Part shown: one piece after another, positions 35,871-46,790 of the stretch | Layout of the letters: each line of letters opens with the position of its first letter | Numbering within the stretch: position 1 is the first letter of the stretch | Source: Verrucomicrobiota bacterium | GTDB taxonomy: Bacteria; Verrucomicrobiota; Verrucomicrobiia; Opitutales; Cerasicoccaceae | Direction: 5' to 3' | DNA: 64,000 nucleotides | NCBI GenBank assembly: GCA_039818205.1 | Contig: JBCBUK010000001.1 | Location: forward strand, 128,001 to 192,000 | Translations under genes and position numbers: made by a program | The notes under the pieces: generated by a model | The model's input: only the letters and a program-made list of their open reading frames with translations | Database searches by the model: none | Told to the model about the DNA's origin: nothing

Positions 35871-36713
35871 CTAAAGACGAATCGAATCACGGTATTGGCT
35901 TGGCGATATCGAAAACTCCCTTTTGAAGCTCGCGTAGAATTGGCTCAAGCTGCCGAAGCCGCAGGCCATGGCAATATCGAGCACGACCCGGTTGGTACTT
36001 GCGAGTAGGTATTTTGCGTGGTCGAGACGATACCTCAAAAGAAACTGATGCAAGGTAATCCCGACAATCCGCGAGAACAAAGAACGCGCGTAATTTGCGT
36101 TTAGCTTCACCGACTCACCAATATCTTTCACTTGAATCGGCTGTTGAAAGTTATGGATGATGAAATGAATCATCTCGATCGCCTTATCCACGCCGCCCCC
36201 AACCCGTTCGACATGATTTACCGAGGTGTGCGCAGATCGCTCGATCGCTTTCTCAGCGAGCATATGGAGACTGCCCATGATGAAATGGTTTTCGGCGCGC
36301 CCGAACTTATTGTTAGCATGATCGGATCTCGGGAGCCAGCGCTTAAGGTTCGACAGGGCCTCATCGACTGAGCCTTGCCGAGACAGCCGAAAACATTCAC
36401 CGGCCAGGATGCTTTGAGTAAACCCGGTGGGAAGCTCTGCATTGAGAAAGTAATGCAGCGGAATATAAGAGATAAATCCGTTTCCCGGCGGACTTACCTG
36501 AAGCAACTGATGTGGTATACAGCCCCAAAATATTGCTACCTCGTCAGCGTTGAAAACAATTGTTTCCTGATTGAACTTTCTAATGAACGGACCATCGCTC
36601 ATCGAAAAGATCTCAATTTCTAAATGCCGATGCGGCATCTCCATCGGAGCGATTCGATCGATCCGGCCCCGCAAGCCAAAAGGATAAAAATCATCTGTGG
36701 GTAATCTACTCAT
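35871..36713 (-). CDS. AraC/XylS-family transcriptional regulator (MelR-like)
   Basis: Cupin HRHLEIE..FWGCIPHQ; HTH IAMACGFGSLSQFYASFKR. ATG at 36713 preferred. Confidence 0.92.
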   Translation of the reverse strand: MSRLPTDDFYPFGLRGRIDRIAPMEMPHRHLEIEIFSMSDGPFIRKFNQETIVFNADEVAIFWGCIPHQLLQVSPPGNGFISYIPLHYFLNAELPTGFTQSILAGECFRLSRQGSVDEALSNLKRWLPRSDHANNKFGRAENHFIMGSLHMLAEKAIERSAHTSVNHVERVGGGVDKAIEMIHFIIHNFQQPIQVKDIGESVKLNANYARSLFSRIVGITLHQFLLRYRLDHAKYLLASTNRVVLDIAMACGFGSLSQFYASFKREFSISPSQYRDSIRL

Positions 36714-36832
36714 TCGATTCTGCGGATATCGGATAGATTCGTGCGTAAACAACACGACCTGAACGAGGAAATCCGGTAAACTAGAGCCTCCCAAGTATAC
36801 CTCAATCCAATAAGCCAAAATATCTCCATACT

Positions 36833-39352
36833 ATGTTAATCAAACGAATCCCTCCTAACCCAGGGAAGCTTTTAGCGTTCCTGGGTGTCTTGTTCATTGC
36901 TTGCTGTCAGCAAGGTTTTGCGCAGAAGCAAATCGCCTATATTCACGGAGACGTAGCTCCTGACGGCACAGTCCCCTCGGGCCCCGCAAATCCATACGAT
37001 CAGATGCTGCTGACCGATTCCGGCAATACGGGTATGTCCCTGTTCAAAGCGATGGTCGAAGCCGAAGGCTACATCATCAACCAATACTACGACCAGAACA
37101 CCACGCTGAACGCGAGCTTCCTAAACCAGTTCGATGTCGTGATTTTCGGTCTTCATCAGAAGATCTGGTCGGCCTCCGAAAAGTCTGCTCTAGACACCTG
37201 GATCCGTGCCGGCGGTGGCATGCTTATCTACAGCGACTCGGCATCCGGTGGATTCTTCCAAAGCGTCGGCGCACAGAACCCAGTTGGCCAGACCGTCACC
37301 AACAACTTGATCTCAACCTATGGGATGCAAGTTACGGTGGACCAGGCAAACGGAACCAAAGCGTATCGTTCTGGACCGTCACCAACTCACCCAATTGTAG
37401 CCGGTCGTCCAATTTTTGAGGGCGAAGGCGTTTCACCGGTTGCGGTTGCTGCGAACTCGGGGGTTGAGATTTTGATCCCCTATGAGAACAACCCCAATTA
37501 CACGGTCTCAGGGAGCGCAAATATTCCGCACCAGCAAAACATCACGATTTCGAATCCTAGCTTTGCCGCACTAGCGTTGAAGCCCTTAGGCAACGGAAAC
37601 CTCATCGTTCAGTTCGACCGTCAACCGATGTGGAACAATGGCCCCGGCTCAAGTATTATCAAGCGCGACAACGAAGAAATCCTTCGGCGCATCGTGCGTT
37701 TCCTTGCGGGTGACCTTGGAAACAATTCCGGAAACCTGAGCGTCTCTGCGCGTTCCGAGCTTCTCATCGCCCAATCGGGAGTTGCGAACTTGAGTGCTTC
37801 GGTGACTGGTGGAACTCCGACAGCCTCGTCCTGGTCCAAAGTCTCGGGTCCTGGCAGTGTGACGTTCGGCAACAGTGGTGCATTCAACACGACCGCATCT
37901 TTCAGTCTACCCGGGCAATACCAACTGCAGTTCAGTGCCTCCAACGGTTCAACCAACTTTGTTGATACGGTGGACATCGAAGTCGTCAACGGCACTTCGG
38001 TACTGCATGCAATCAACTGCGGTTCGGGAATCCTGAGCGCCACAACCGGTATCAGCTACACCGCGGATAACTTTTTCACTGGCGGACATATCGATGCCTT
38101 TGGCGGAAACGCCGTGAGCGGGACTCAAGACGATGCCCTCTATAACAACGCACGCTCAGCGGCGAGTTCTTACAATGTTCCTGTCGCCAACGGAAGCTAT
38201 ACGGTGCTCCTACAATTTGCGGAAACATTCTTCACCGCAAACAATCAACGGATTTTTGACGTCGCGATCGAAGGCACGACCGTGCTCGACAATCTCGATC
38301 TTCACGCTCAAGCCCCTGGCAAGTTCAACGCTTACGATGCTATTTTCGATGTCACGATCACCGACGGGAGCCTAGACTTAGCATTCAGCGCCTCGGCCAA
38401 CAATATGCTTCTCAATGCATTCGTTGTCGTTGAAAGCGCCTCGCTATCGCTTCCGGGACGTATCGAGTCTGAAGACTTTGACCAAGGTGGTCAGAATGTC
38501 GCCTACTTCGACACGAGCGCGGGTAACTCCGGCGGTCAATACCGTTCAACCGACGTCGACATCCAGATTGCGAGCGAGGGCGGCTTCAATGTTGGCTGGA
38601 TTGCACAGAATGAGTATCTGAACTACACCGTCAATGTCGCGGAAACAGGCGTCTACGACTTCACCTTCCGCGTAGCGTCAGCCCAAAGCACCGGCAAGAC
38701 TCTCCATATCGAAGTTGATGGCGTTGACGTTTCTGGACCAGTCAATTTCAACACTGGCGGAGCCGGTTGGCAGTCCTGGCAGAACGTCGTGGCAACCAAC
38801 ATCAACCTGACCGCTGGCGCCAACCAGGAACTCCGAGTCGTGATGGACACTGGTGGCTTCAACATCAACTACGTCGATGCCGTCCTTGTTCCGATGAGCA
38901 ACCAACCAGTTCGAATTGAAGCCGAGGACTTCGATGACGGCGCCAATGGTGTTGCCTACTCGGATACGACTGCCGGCAACTCGGGTAACCAGTATAGAAC
39001 CACGGACGTAGACATCGAAGTGTCGAGCGAAGGTGGCTTCAATGTCGGATGGATTGCCGCTGGCGAGTATCTAAACTACACGGTCGATATCAATGCCTCA
39101 GGCAGTTACGACTTCACCTTCCGGGTCGCGAGCCTGGCTAGCACTGACAAGACTTTCCATGTCGAAGTAGATGGAGTCAACGTGACCGGGCCGATCACCT
39201 TCAACACAGGGGGTGCGGGTTGGCAATCATGGCAAAACGCAACCGCATCAAATGTAAGTCTAACGGCTGGTATTGGGCGAGAAATCCGCATCGTTATGGA
39301 TACGGGTTCGTTCAACATCAACTATTTTGAGATCGCGCCAAGCGGTCAGTGA
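36833..39352 (+). CDS. Secreted protein: GATase1/DUF4350-like N-domain + PKD-like + malectin + two CBM6
   Basis: Signal peptide; WIRAGGGMLI; WSKVSGPGSVTF; AINCG..LQFAET; two RIE(S/A)EDFD..GWI..EYLNYTV..FNINY repeats. Confidence 0.8.
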   Translation: MLIKRIPPNPGKLLAFLGVLFIACCQQGFAQKQIAYIHGDVAPDGTVPSGPANPYDQMLLTDSGNTGMSLFKAMVEAEGYIINQYYDQNTTLNASFLNQFDVVIFGLHQKIWSASEKSALDTWIRAGGGMLIYSDSASGGFFQSVGAQNPVGQTVTNNLISTYGMQVTVDQANGTKAYRSGPSPTHPIVAGRPIFEGEGVSPVAVAANSGVEILIPYENNPNYTVSGSANIPHQQNITISNPSFAALALKPLGNGNLIVQFDRQPMWNNGPGSSIIKRDNEEILRRIVRFLAGDLGNNSGNLSVSARSELLIAQSGVANLSASVTGGTPTASSWSKVSGPGSVTFGNSGAFNTTASFSLPGQYQLQFSASNGSTNFVDTVDIEVVNGTSVLHAINCGSGILSATTGISYTADNFFTGGHIDAFGGNAVSGTQDDALYNNARSAASSYNVPVANGSYTVLLQFAETFFTANNQRIFDVAIEGTTVLDNLDLHAQAPGKFNAYDAIFDVTITDGSLDLAFSASANNMLLNAFVVVESASLSLPGRIESEDFDQGGQNVAYFDTSAGNSGGQYRSTDVDIQIASEGGFNVGWIAQNEYLNYTVNVAETGVYDFTFRVASAQSTGKTLHIEVDGVDVSGPVNFNTGGAGWQSWQNVVATNINLTAGANQELRVVMDTGGFNINYVDAVLVPMSNQPVRIEAEDFDDGANGVAYSDTTAGNSGNQYRTTDVDIEVSSEGGFNVGWIAAGEYLNYTVDINASGSYDFTFRVASLASTDKTFHVEVDGVNVTGPITFNTGGAGWQSWQNATASNVSLTAGIGREIRIVMDTGSFNINYFEIAPSGQ
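38455..39345 (+). repeat. Tandem intragenic duplication of a CBM6 domain
   Basis: Two highly similar units, e.g. YDFTFRVAS and FNTGGAGWQSWQN occur in both (about 38455-38885 and 38905-39345). Confidence 0.9.
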
Positions 39353-39414
39353 GTAAGCAAGTGGATGTGCTTTGCAGGCAAACGAACCAGTTTACCTGCC
39401 TTGGTTAGATAAGT

Positions 39415-39449
39415 GGTCTCGCCAGCAATTGCTGGCGAGACCTTTCTTT
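39415..39449. terminator. Terminator between convergent genes (28-bp perfect palindrome)
   Basis: GGTCTCGCCAGCAATTGCTGGCGAGACC followed by TTTCTTT. Confidence 0.8.
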
Positions 39450-39473
39450 GGTAGTATCGCTCAACCAATTAAC

Positions 39474-40484
39474 TTAAAGGAATGGATAATCATTACTCAA
39501 TAAGCCATCTTTCTTCAACATCCTCCAAAACTCTGACGGTAAACTTTGCTCAACAAAGCTTACGTTATCGGCCACTCGCTCGGGCCGACTCGTATTCAAG
39601 GCCAATGAGACGACTCCCGGAACACTCAGACCAAACTGACAACAAGCCAAGGCCGGGCTAACGTTGTGACGTTCACAGATGGCGAAGAATCGATCGCGCC
39701 AGTCAAATAACTCAGGGTCGCTTTCGGGTGACACTTCTCGGTAATCAAACCACTTCCCTCCGATTAGAAACCCCGCATTGAATACCGCAGAATTAATCAT
39801 CACAACACCGGCGGCGTTAAGTCTGCTCATAAACTCCAGCAGCTCCATTGGATGCGAATACAAGGTGAAGCTGTTTGCAAACATGACCCAGTCCAAGGGA
39901 ACGCCGTCATCAAACAATCTCTGAATGAGTCGCCAGTCTTTGGATCCGACGCCAACGCCAATTACCTGTTCTGACTGTCGCAACTGAGATAAGGCTCGGT
40001 AGCTATCAAGCACTCGATCGTAGCGTTTTTTCTGCTCTTCCTCACTCGAAGCCCGGGCGATAAACTCATCGGGGTCGTGCACCGATACCAACTGAGAACA
40101 GTAGTCCCCAAGCAGCTCATTTCCTTGCTCAAAGCATTCGAACATCTCGTCGTATCCCATGCATTCGACGACATCGTGGTCGATGTCGATCCACAAGCCG
40201 CAGTCGAATGTTGGCTCTGGACCCGACATCGGAACCCGTTTCCATCCGATCTTGTTGCTGATGACAACTCGCTTCTGGGGAACGTCTAAATCCTTCAGGC
40301 AACGTCCAATACTCTCCAAGGCCAAACCCGCTCCGTATTTACCGGCTGAGTCGATGACAGCAAGATTCGGCTGATGCCTGAGCCATTGCTCAACGATCAA
40401 TCGCTTCTTCTCATAGGGAACTGCTTCGTAGAGGTTACCCAGAGCACTGGAACCATAAACTATTTTGGGAATTTCAATATTCAT
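39474..40484 (-). CDS. Aldo/keto reductase, D-threo-aldose 1-dehydrogenase (L-fucose/L-galactose dehydrogenase)-like
   Basis: [30 protein letters not shown] and SAVFNAGFL motifs. Confidence 0.85.
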   Translation of the reverse strand: MNIEIPKIVYGSSALGNLYEAVPYEKKRLIVEQWLRHQPNLAVIDSAGKYGAGLALESIGRCLKDLDVPQKRVVISNKIGWKRVPMSGPEPTFDCGLWIDIDHDVVECMGYDEMFECFEQGNELLGDYCSQLVSVHDPDEFIARASSEEEQKKRYDRVLDSYRALSQLRQSEQVIGVGVGSKDWRLIQRLFDDGVPLDWVMFANSFTLYSHPMELLEFMSRLNAAGVVMINSAVFNAGFLIGGKWFDYREVSPESDPELFDWRDRFFAICERHNVSPALACCQFGLSVPGVVSLALNTSRPERVADNVSFVEQSLPSEFWRMLKKDGLLSNDYPFL

Positions 40485-40496
40485 GGATCACTTGAT

Positions 40497-41252
40497 CTAA
40501 AAGCCAATCGATGCGCCACCATCCACCGGCAGGACAACGCCGGACACAAACTTTGCCGCCGAACTACAGAGATACACTGCAGCGTTACCGATGTCATCTG
40601 GATCACCAAACCGACCCATCGGAGTCCGCCCAAGAATCTTGTTCTTGCGGGCGTCATCACCTTGGAGGGCCTGATGGAGCATGGGAGAGTCGATCCATCC
40701 TGGCGCGATCGCATTCACCCGAACTCCTTCGCCAGCAAGCTCCGCGGTCAATGAGCGAGTCATACCAACCAAGGCTGATTTTGCGGCGGAATAAGCGACG
40801 ACAGAGGGCATACCGATCAATGCGGTCATCGACGCCACAAACAAGACACTACCCCCGCCCCGCCTCTGCATCCCTGGAACGACGGCCCTTGTTAGGGCTT
40901 GGGCCGCTGCCACATGGGTCAGCAGGACCTGATCGAATTCCTCCGGGGTGGTCTCTACCAAAGGCTTTTTCAGATGCACGCCCGCATTGTTCACCAGGAT
41001 GCTAAGGTCACCAATTTGCTCAACGAGCGCTCTAGCACTTTCGCGTTTGCAGACATCGTGAACCATGTAGCTCGCAGACTTCCCTAAAGTCTCAGCAGCA
41101 TCCGCCAACACGACCTCTCGCCGCCCAACAATTGTGACTCTCGCGCCGGCGTCGATCATACTCTTAGCGATTCCGAAACCAAGACCGGAACCGCCTCCGG
41201 TGATCAATGCTGATTCACCCTCAAGAGAAAATGGATTGTTCAAAGACTGCAT
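40497..41252 (-). CDS. SDR oxidoreductase (gluconate 5-dehydrogenase / KduD-like)
   Basis: [24 protein letters not shown] and VDGG motifs. Confidence 0.9.
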   Translation of the reverse strand: MQSLNNPFSLEGESALITGGGSGLGFGIAKSMIDAGARVTIVGRREVVLADAAETLGKSASYMVHDVCKRESARALVEQIGDLSILVNNAGVHLKKPLVETTPEEFDQVLLTHVAAAQALTRAVVPGMQRRGGGSVLFVASMTALIGMPSVVAYSAAKSALVGMTRSLTAELAGEGVRVNAIAPGWIDSPMLHQALQGDDARKNKILGRTPMGRFGDPDDIGNAAVYLCSSAAKFVSGVVLPVDGGASIGF

Positions 41253-41266
41253 AAATTCAAATTCGG

Positions 41267-42484
41267 TCAGGCTCGGCACCCCTCAATCAGGCTGGGTACG
41301 TCTTGGTGTTTGTAGGGGATGAAATACTCCCGATGGCCTAATGCTTCCGGCTTACTGGGCTGGCCACCTGCCACGCTGACAACGAGTTCGAGAAGCTCAC
41401 CCGCTGCTTCTTGGAGGCTTATCTCGCCATTGAGAACTCGCCCGGCATCAAAATCCATATCGTCCGACATGCGAGTATACGTTCGGCTGTTCCCTGTAAC
41501 TTTTACCAGGGGTGCGATTGGGCTGCCAATAACACTACCTCGTCCAGTTACAAAAAGTACGATCTGGGCACCAGCGGAAATGAGATCCATCAAACCTTCG
41601 CTATCATTCGGGTTCGTATATCCAAACTGCATATAATGCTCGTCGGGAACTGAATCCATTAGCCACAAGCCCGCGTGAACCGGTGCTTGGGACACCTTGA
41701 TCACGCCTTCAATTGGCTTCGATCCGCTTTTGGCAAATGCACCCAAACTCTTTTCCTCAATGGTCGTTAAACCGCCAGCAAAGTTTCCCGGAGAGGCTGA
41801 AAACTGGCGCACTTCGCGACAGTAACGCTCGGCCTTGTCATAAGTTGCTGCTAGTTCGGCGGCGACTTGTTCGCTTCTGGCCCGGCTTAGGAGAATATCT
41901 TTCAAGCCAATCTGCTCGACTATTTCCTCAAACACCACCGTGCCACCCGCATCAACTATTCGATCAAAGAGGCGACCAACTACCGGGTTACCAACCAGTC
42001 CAGAGGTCGCATCAGATCCGCCACATTCGCAGCCGACAACCAGATCCTTTACGCCCATCGGAACTTCTTCCAATTGGCCAACTGACTCATCCTTGAGGGT
42101 TCGAAGGACCGCTTTTCCTCGGGTGATGCTCGCCTTGGTGCCACCCGCATCCTGGATAAAAAAGTGAGCACTGGGCCGGCCCGATGCCTCAACGACCTCG
42201 GCAATGCGTCCAGGCTGGGTGTATTCGCAGCCAAGACCAACGCTCAGTACCGCGCCCACATTTGGGTGCCGCGCCAGTGCAAGCATCAACCGGATCGCGT
42301 AAGCATTGTCGTAGCAACCGGGAAAGCCAATAACATGTACCTCCTCCTCACCCTGACTAATTGCATGAGCCACAAATTTCGCGCACTCAACCGTGTAGAC
42401 AACCAGCGTGATGTTCCGGATACCGACACGACCATCCGCGCGCCGGTACCCCTTCCAAGATCGTGTTGACGGACACTCAGACAT
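41267..42484 (-). CDS. uxaA: UxaA/GarD-family sugar-acid dehydratase, large (beta) subunit
   Basis: [46 protein letters not shown] and FVTGRG. Real start is the ATG at 42484, overlapping the SAF gene end. Confidence 0.9.
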   Translation of the reverse strand: MSECPSTRSWKGYRRADGRVGIRNITLVVYTVECAKFVAHAISQGEEEVHVIGFPGCYDNAYAIRLMLALARHPNVGAVLSVGLGCEYTQPGRIAEVVEASGRPSAHFFIQDAGGTKASITRGKAVLRTLKDESVGQLEEVPMGVKDLVVGCECGGSDATSGLVGNPVVGRLFDRIVDAGGTVVFEEIVEQIGLKDILLSRARSEQVAAELAATYDKAERYCREVRQFSASPGNFAGGLTTIEEKSLGAFAKSGSKPIEGVIKVSQAPVHAGLWLMDSVPDEHYMQFGYTNPNDSEGLMDLISAGAQIVLFVTGRGSVIGSPIAPLVKVTGNSRTYTRMSDDMDFDAGRVLNGEISLQEAAGELLELVVSVAGGQPSKPEALGHREYFIPYKHQDVPSLIEGCRA

Positions 42485-42806
42485 ATTGCGTGTCAGTTGG
42501 CGCTCCGGAATGACCATCGAGCGTATTGGATCGTTCATCGTAGTTGCTCGCGCAGTTGTGCAAATGAACCCAATCACCTTTAGAGATTGCGTTGGCCGCA
42601 TACCCGATCGCCTTGCCATATTTAACGACGGCCTCGCCAGCCTCAATGTCACACAGCGCCACTTTATGCTGCGCCTTGATCTCTTCGATCGACATAACCT
42701 GCTGCTGTTCCGCGACTCCCCGCAAGAGTATCTTCGCTCCCACGGGGCAATCGACCAGAGCGGTAGCGACATTGTCGCGATTGTTTATTTTAAACGCAGT
42801 ATGCAT
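42477..42806 (-). CDS. UxaA-family dehydratase small (SAF-domain, alpha) subunit
   Basis: DNVATAL, HKVAL.DI..GE.VVKYG..IG and GDWVHLHN motifs. Confidence 0.9.
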   Translation of the reverse strand: MHTAFKINNRDNVATALVDCPVGAKILLRGVAEQQQVMSIEEIKAQHKVALCDIEAGEAVVKYGKAIGYAANAISKGDWVHLHNCASNYDERSNTLDGHSGAPTDTQYV

Positions 42807-42811
42807 TGCAC

Positions 42812-44221
42812 CTAGCCCTTGGGTGATTGGAACCAAGAGCGTTCAATTTCCTCAATCGTTCTGCCCTTGGTTTCTGGCATCAAGAATCGGACGGTCAAAA
42901 GAAGGAGAATGAGTTCAGCAGCGTAGATGAAGAAAATCGTCGACGTCTCCATGTTTGCCTGCATGACCGGAAAGATCATATTCAAGCCCGCACTGGTTAC
43001 CCAGATTGAAAACGTGGCCAAAGCGATTGCTTTTTCCCGCACACGGTTGGGAAAGATCTCCGATATAATCACGAATTTTACCGGACCCAACGCACACGCG
43101 AAGAACGCGATAAACAGATTGATCGCGATGACAATGGGCCAACCCATGACGTTCATTTCAAAGAGAACGCCAATCAAGATGTGGGAGAGCATGGCGCCTA
43201 CTGCCCCAATAGTGATGAGCTTCTTTCGCCCGGCGCTGTCGATAAGTGCCAGCGCAAACAAGGTGGCGACAAAGTTGACGATCGCGATCGTTGCAAAACC
43301 GCCGAGAGAACCACCTAGACCAAAGCCAGCGTCTTCGAAAATCTGGGGACCGTAGTAAAATACGACGGATACTCCACAAGCCTCAGACAAAATGCAGATT
43401 AACAATCCCAGAACCAAAGGCTTTCGCAAACGATGGGTGAACAGATCAAAGAACTTAACTCCACCTTCATCGGACAACGCAGATTCGATATCTTGACGAA
43501 CGGACCTTGCCTTTGCGGCACCGTTTACTTTCGCCAACACACGCTCAGCCTCATTGGATCGATTGCGTTTAACCAGCCATCGAGGGCTCTCCGGAATAAA
43601 AAAGACGCAAGCGAGAAACAGAATACCAGGAATCGCCTCAGCGAGGAACATCGCCCGCCAGTTTTCATCAACGGTCAACCACCGCCAAAAATCTGTTACG
43701 TCATCTGAATTTGAATTGGCCTCGGCCAAATTGAAAATGCCCCAGTTTGCGAACACACACATCACGATCCCGATCGTTATCGTAAGCTGGAAGAGCGTGA
43801 CCATCTTACCGCGGTGCCGTTCAGGGGAAATCTCCGAGATGTAAAGTGGGCACACCATCGTTGCCGCGCCGATACCCAAGCCGCCCAATAGGCGCGCCAT
43901 AATTAAGGTAACCGGCCCCGAGGCAAAGCCACTCCAGCTGGCTGATACAAATATCAGAATCGCAGCCATAGATAGGGTTAACTTTCGACCAAACCTGTCT
44001 GAGATCGGTCCAGCCGAGGCTGCACCAACGGCACAGGCCCAAAGGACACAGCTAACGTAAATTCCTAGCTCCCAGGGTGAGAAATCGAACTGCGACTCAA
44101 CTTGCGAATTCGTCCCAGAAACGACAACCGCATCGTAACCAAATAGAAGGCCTCCGAATGCAGCAACGAGGCATACAAACCAAAGGTATATCGTTGAACC
44201 GTGTTCTTCGTCCTGGGGCAT
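42812..44221 (-). CDS. MFS sugar porter (XylE/GalP family)
   Basis: [26 protein letters not shown] and [12 protein letters not shown] motifs. Confidence 0.95.
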   Translation of the reverse strand: MPQDEEHGSTIYLWFVCLVAAFGGLLFGYDAVVVSGTNSQVESQFDFSPWELGIYVSCVLWACAVGAASAGPISDRFGRKLTLSMAAILIFVSASWSGFASGPVTLIMARLLGGLGIGAATMVCPLYISEISPERHRGKMVTLFQLTITIGIVMCVFANWGIFNLAEANSNSDDVTDFWRWLTVDENWRAMFLAEAIPGILFLACVFFIPESPRWLVKRNRSNEAERVLAKVNGAAKARSVRQDIESALSDEGGVKFFDLFTHRLRKPLVLGLLICILSEACGVSVVFYYGPQIFEDAGFGLGGSLGGFATIAIVNFVATLFALALIDSAGRKKLITIGAVGAMLSHILIGVLFEMNVMGWPIVIAINLFIAFFACALGPVKFVIISEIFPNRVREKAIALATFSIWVTSAGLNMIFPVMQANMETSTIFFIYAAELILLLLTVRFLMPETKGRTIEEIERSWFQSPKG

Positions 44222-44251
44222 AAGTCGGTTGTTTGAGATAGTCTATGGCGC

Positions 44252-44923
44252 CTAAAGCACGCCGTATTTTTGGAATGCCTCCGAGCTCGACATGCCATTG
44301 TGCTCAATCTCCTTCCGGACCAAATTCTCGGCAAGGGCTTTTTCAAAAGCCTGCTGCAAAACCACTTCTTCATGGCGACGTGGAATGATCACCACCCCGT
44401 CAACATCTCCGAAAACTAGGTCGCCAGGCTCAATCCACACACCACCGACTTCAATCTTGCACCGATAGTCGGCTACCTGGGTGCGCACCCGTGAATCCTG
44501 TGCGTAGCTACCACGGCTAAAAACTGGCCAGTTTTGCTCCAGAACCTTCGGCGTATCTCGGTGATAGCCATTCACCACGGCGCCGACAGCGCCTCGACTT
44601 TTTGCAGTCGCGGTCAGTATCTCACCCCAGTAGGCACAGCGCATGTCGCCTCCGCTGGCTATATAGACTTCTCCGGGCTGCAGCTGATCCAGCGCTTCGG
44701 TCAGCTTGCCAAACGGCTGCTTCTGCTCGCCATGGACATCGATCATTAGCACCGGCATTGCCCGACCAACTACGGTCATACCATCAAGCATTGGCTGAAC
44801 AGGTTGCGGAAGGAACTGGTGATAGCAGTCCAATCCATCAAGAATATCACCAACTACCGGGGTATATAAATACTCACTGACTTGCTTAAAGCGTGTGGAG
44901 TCATCTGCCGCAATTTCCATCAC
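44252..44923 (-). CDS. RraA-family protein / HMG-CHA-type pyruvate aldolase-like
   Basis: VVGRA, AYWGEIL, GYHRD and [16 protein letters not shown] motifs. Confidence 0.85.
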   Translation of the reverse strand: MMEIAADDSTRFKQVSEYLYTPVVGDILDGLDCYHQFLPQPVQPMLDGMTVVGRAMPVLMIDVHGEQKQPFGKLTEALDQLQPGEVYIASGGDMRCAYWGEILTATAKSRGAVGAVVNGYHRDTPKVLEQNWPVFSRGSYAQDSRVRTQVADYRCKIEVGGVWIEPGDLVFGDVDGVVIIPRRHEEVVLQQAFEKALAENLVRKEIEHNGMSSSEAFQKYGVL

Positions 44924-45045
44924 CTAATCCAATCAACCCTCGGTCCAGATTGGCTAGAGCAAACAGGTCGCCAGGTTGGCCGGTGACCGATATGGCTAGC
45001 TCAAGTCGACACCATAGCGGCTCTCAACTGGCAATGGCTTTAAGC

Positions 45046-45079
45046 AAAAAAACGGAAGTAGCCGTCGAGACTACTTCCG
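45046..45079 (-). terminator. Intrinsic terminator after GH29 gene
   Basis: CGGAAGTAG-N9-CTACTTCCG stem preceded by AAAAAAA (U tract on the minus strand). Confidence 0.75.
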
Positions 45080-45116
45080 CAATTGAATACTTAATGCCAG
45101 TTTGGAAGCTGAAGTC

Positions 45117-46652
45117 CTACCAGTGGGTAAACATGTAGGGCTCAAAATCAAAGTCGTCACCAAATTCAGCAATGATGACATCCGTTACTTTCCCCGCCTT
45201 TAGATCATTCGGAACCCACATCTTGAGTACACCATCAGCATATTCGAAAGGTAACTGGTCTCCGGTGCGCATCAGGGTCACAGCAACCGGCTTCTTGGCA
45301 CCTTCAAAGACGATGGGCTTGTCCTCGGTCGCTTCATTATCCATCGCGTGAAAGAACCAAACATTGTCCCGGCAAGTAACAGGCACATTAGCCTTTTCAG
45401 GCCACGGACCACCACCATTGATTCCAAACACCGAATCTTTGTTGGTGCTCATCCACTCCTCCATTTCGCCAAATAGACGGTAAGCGTCGTCTTGCATACG
45501 ACCGTCTGGCCGTGGACCGAGGTTTGCCAGAAGATTGCCGCCCATGCATCGAGCCATCGCGAGCTCTTTTAATACACGGTCAGTATCGTAAACGTTTTCG
45601 CCATGGTGCTTATCATAGTGCCAGGAACCACTTTGAATGATGGCGTTGACCTCCCACCACCAACCATTTTCAAGTACTGGCTTACGAATGTATTGCGGTT
45701 GCGCCATGTGGAAACCTTCCGCAGTCGCGTGGTCACCGTTGCTATATCCACGGTTGTTGACAACGATTCCCGGGCGCCAGGCACGAATTTTCTCGATGTC
45801 CGCGCCATGCCCTCCGTCTCCCCACCAGATATCTGGACTAAACTTGTCGATGACTTCTTTAACCTGGTTCTCATTGAATTCTGCGTATGCTTTCGAGAAA
45901 CTGGGTGGCCGTTTTGGCAACGACTTCACCTTATCACCGTTGAAATCCACGATAACATTCGGATCCATACTGAAGTTCATATAGTCTCGCTCAAAATACC
46001 AGTCCATGCCCGAGTAATAGAGGCCGACCTTGATGTCGTTGTTGCGACATGCTTCAACCCAGGGAGCCACTAAGTCACGGCCATCCATGGTCTGACGCAC
46101 TCCGATTAATGCATAGTCAGAATCCCACATCGCGAATCCGCCATGGTGCTTCAAGGTCAGTACTGAATACTTGAAGCCAGCCCGCTTGGCAGCCTCCATC
46201 CATTTCTCTGGATCGTAATCGGTCGGGTTCCACCCTTCCACAGATTCCCACAGTTCTGTTTGCGGATAAAAGGCACCTCGATCCTCACCTCCTTGCGTCC
46301 AGCGACCACTCCAGCCTTCTCCATTCGGCTCAAACACACTCGGCAAGCCCCAGCAGAGGAACAAACCTAGACCCGCTTCTGGCCACCATTGTGCATCCGG
46401 GTGATCGGTCCTTTCCGTGGTGACATGAAGCTTGCCGTTCGTCCATTTATTCCACTGCGGCCAATAGTAAAAACGCTTTCCGTCGCGTTCCTCAATTCGC
46501 GGAGTGACAGTCTCCCCAGTGATACGGTCACGATAGGCTTCCGCACTACCATCCTCTGTCTGCGATGGCTTAAAATTTGCCTCGGCAGAAAACGAAAGCA
46601 TCAACGATAATGCGATGCTCAAAGTGGTTACATTGCTTAGTTTTAATTCCAT
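45117..46652 (-). CDS. Secreted glycoside hydrolase family 29 (alpha-L-fucosidase family), divergent
   Basis: Signal peptide; GLFLCWG, YDPEKW, TLKHHGGFAMWDS, GLYYS, nucleophile WWGDG, GGNLLANLGP. Confidence 0.88.
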   Translation of the reverse strand: MELKLSNVTTLSIALSLMLSFSAEANFKPSQTEDGSAEAYRDRITGETVTPRIEERDGKRFYYWPQWNKWTNGKLHVTTERTDHPDAQWWPEAGLGLFLCWGLPSVFEPNGEGWSGRWTQGGEDRGAFYPQTELWESVEGWNPTDYDPEKWMEAAKRAGFKYSVLTLKHHGGFAMWDSDYALIGVRQTMDGRDLVAPWVEACRNNDIKVGLYYSGMDWYFERDYMNFSMDPNVIVDFNGDKVKSLPKRPPSFSKAYAEFNENQVKEVIDKFSPDIWWGDGGHGADIEKIRAWRPGIVVNNRGYSNGDHATAEGFHMAQPQYIRKPVLENGWWWEVNAIIQSGSWHYDKHHGENVYDTDRVLKELAMARCMGGNLLANLGPRPDGRMQDDAYRLFGEMEEWMSTNKDSVFGINGGGPWPEKANVPVTCRDNVWFFHAMDNEATEDKPIVFEGAKKPVAVTLMRTGDQLPFEYADGVLKMWVPNDLKAGKVTDVIIAEFGDDFDFEPYMFTHW

Positions 46653-46718
46653 ATTTAAGGGTCTCCTCTTGAGAATAGACTCAGCGTGTCGCAGCTTCAG
46701 GAAATATTCAACCCAAAA

Positions 46719-46734
46719 ATGTGCACGTGCACAT
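46719..46734. promoter_or_regulatory. Candidate LacI-family operator
   Basis: Perfect 16-bp palindrome ATGTGCACGTGCACAT with central CG, between the divergent GH29 and LacI genes. Confidence 0.75.
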
Positions 46735-46790
46735 CAATGTGATAATGAATGGACAAACCGGCTAGAACCGTATCAATATGCGACAACTGG

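Noticed and set aside
42485..42772. N-terminal 96 aa of the track's 501-aa UxaA ORF, suggesting a frameshifted single uxaA
   Set aside because: That stretch is the SAF gene in another frame. Both subunits have their own ATG with an 8-nt overlap, and split UxaA is a known arrangement, so it is not called a pseudogene.
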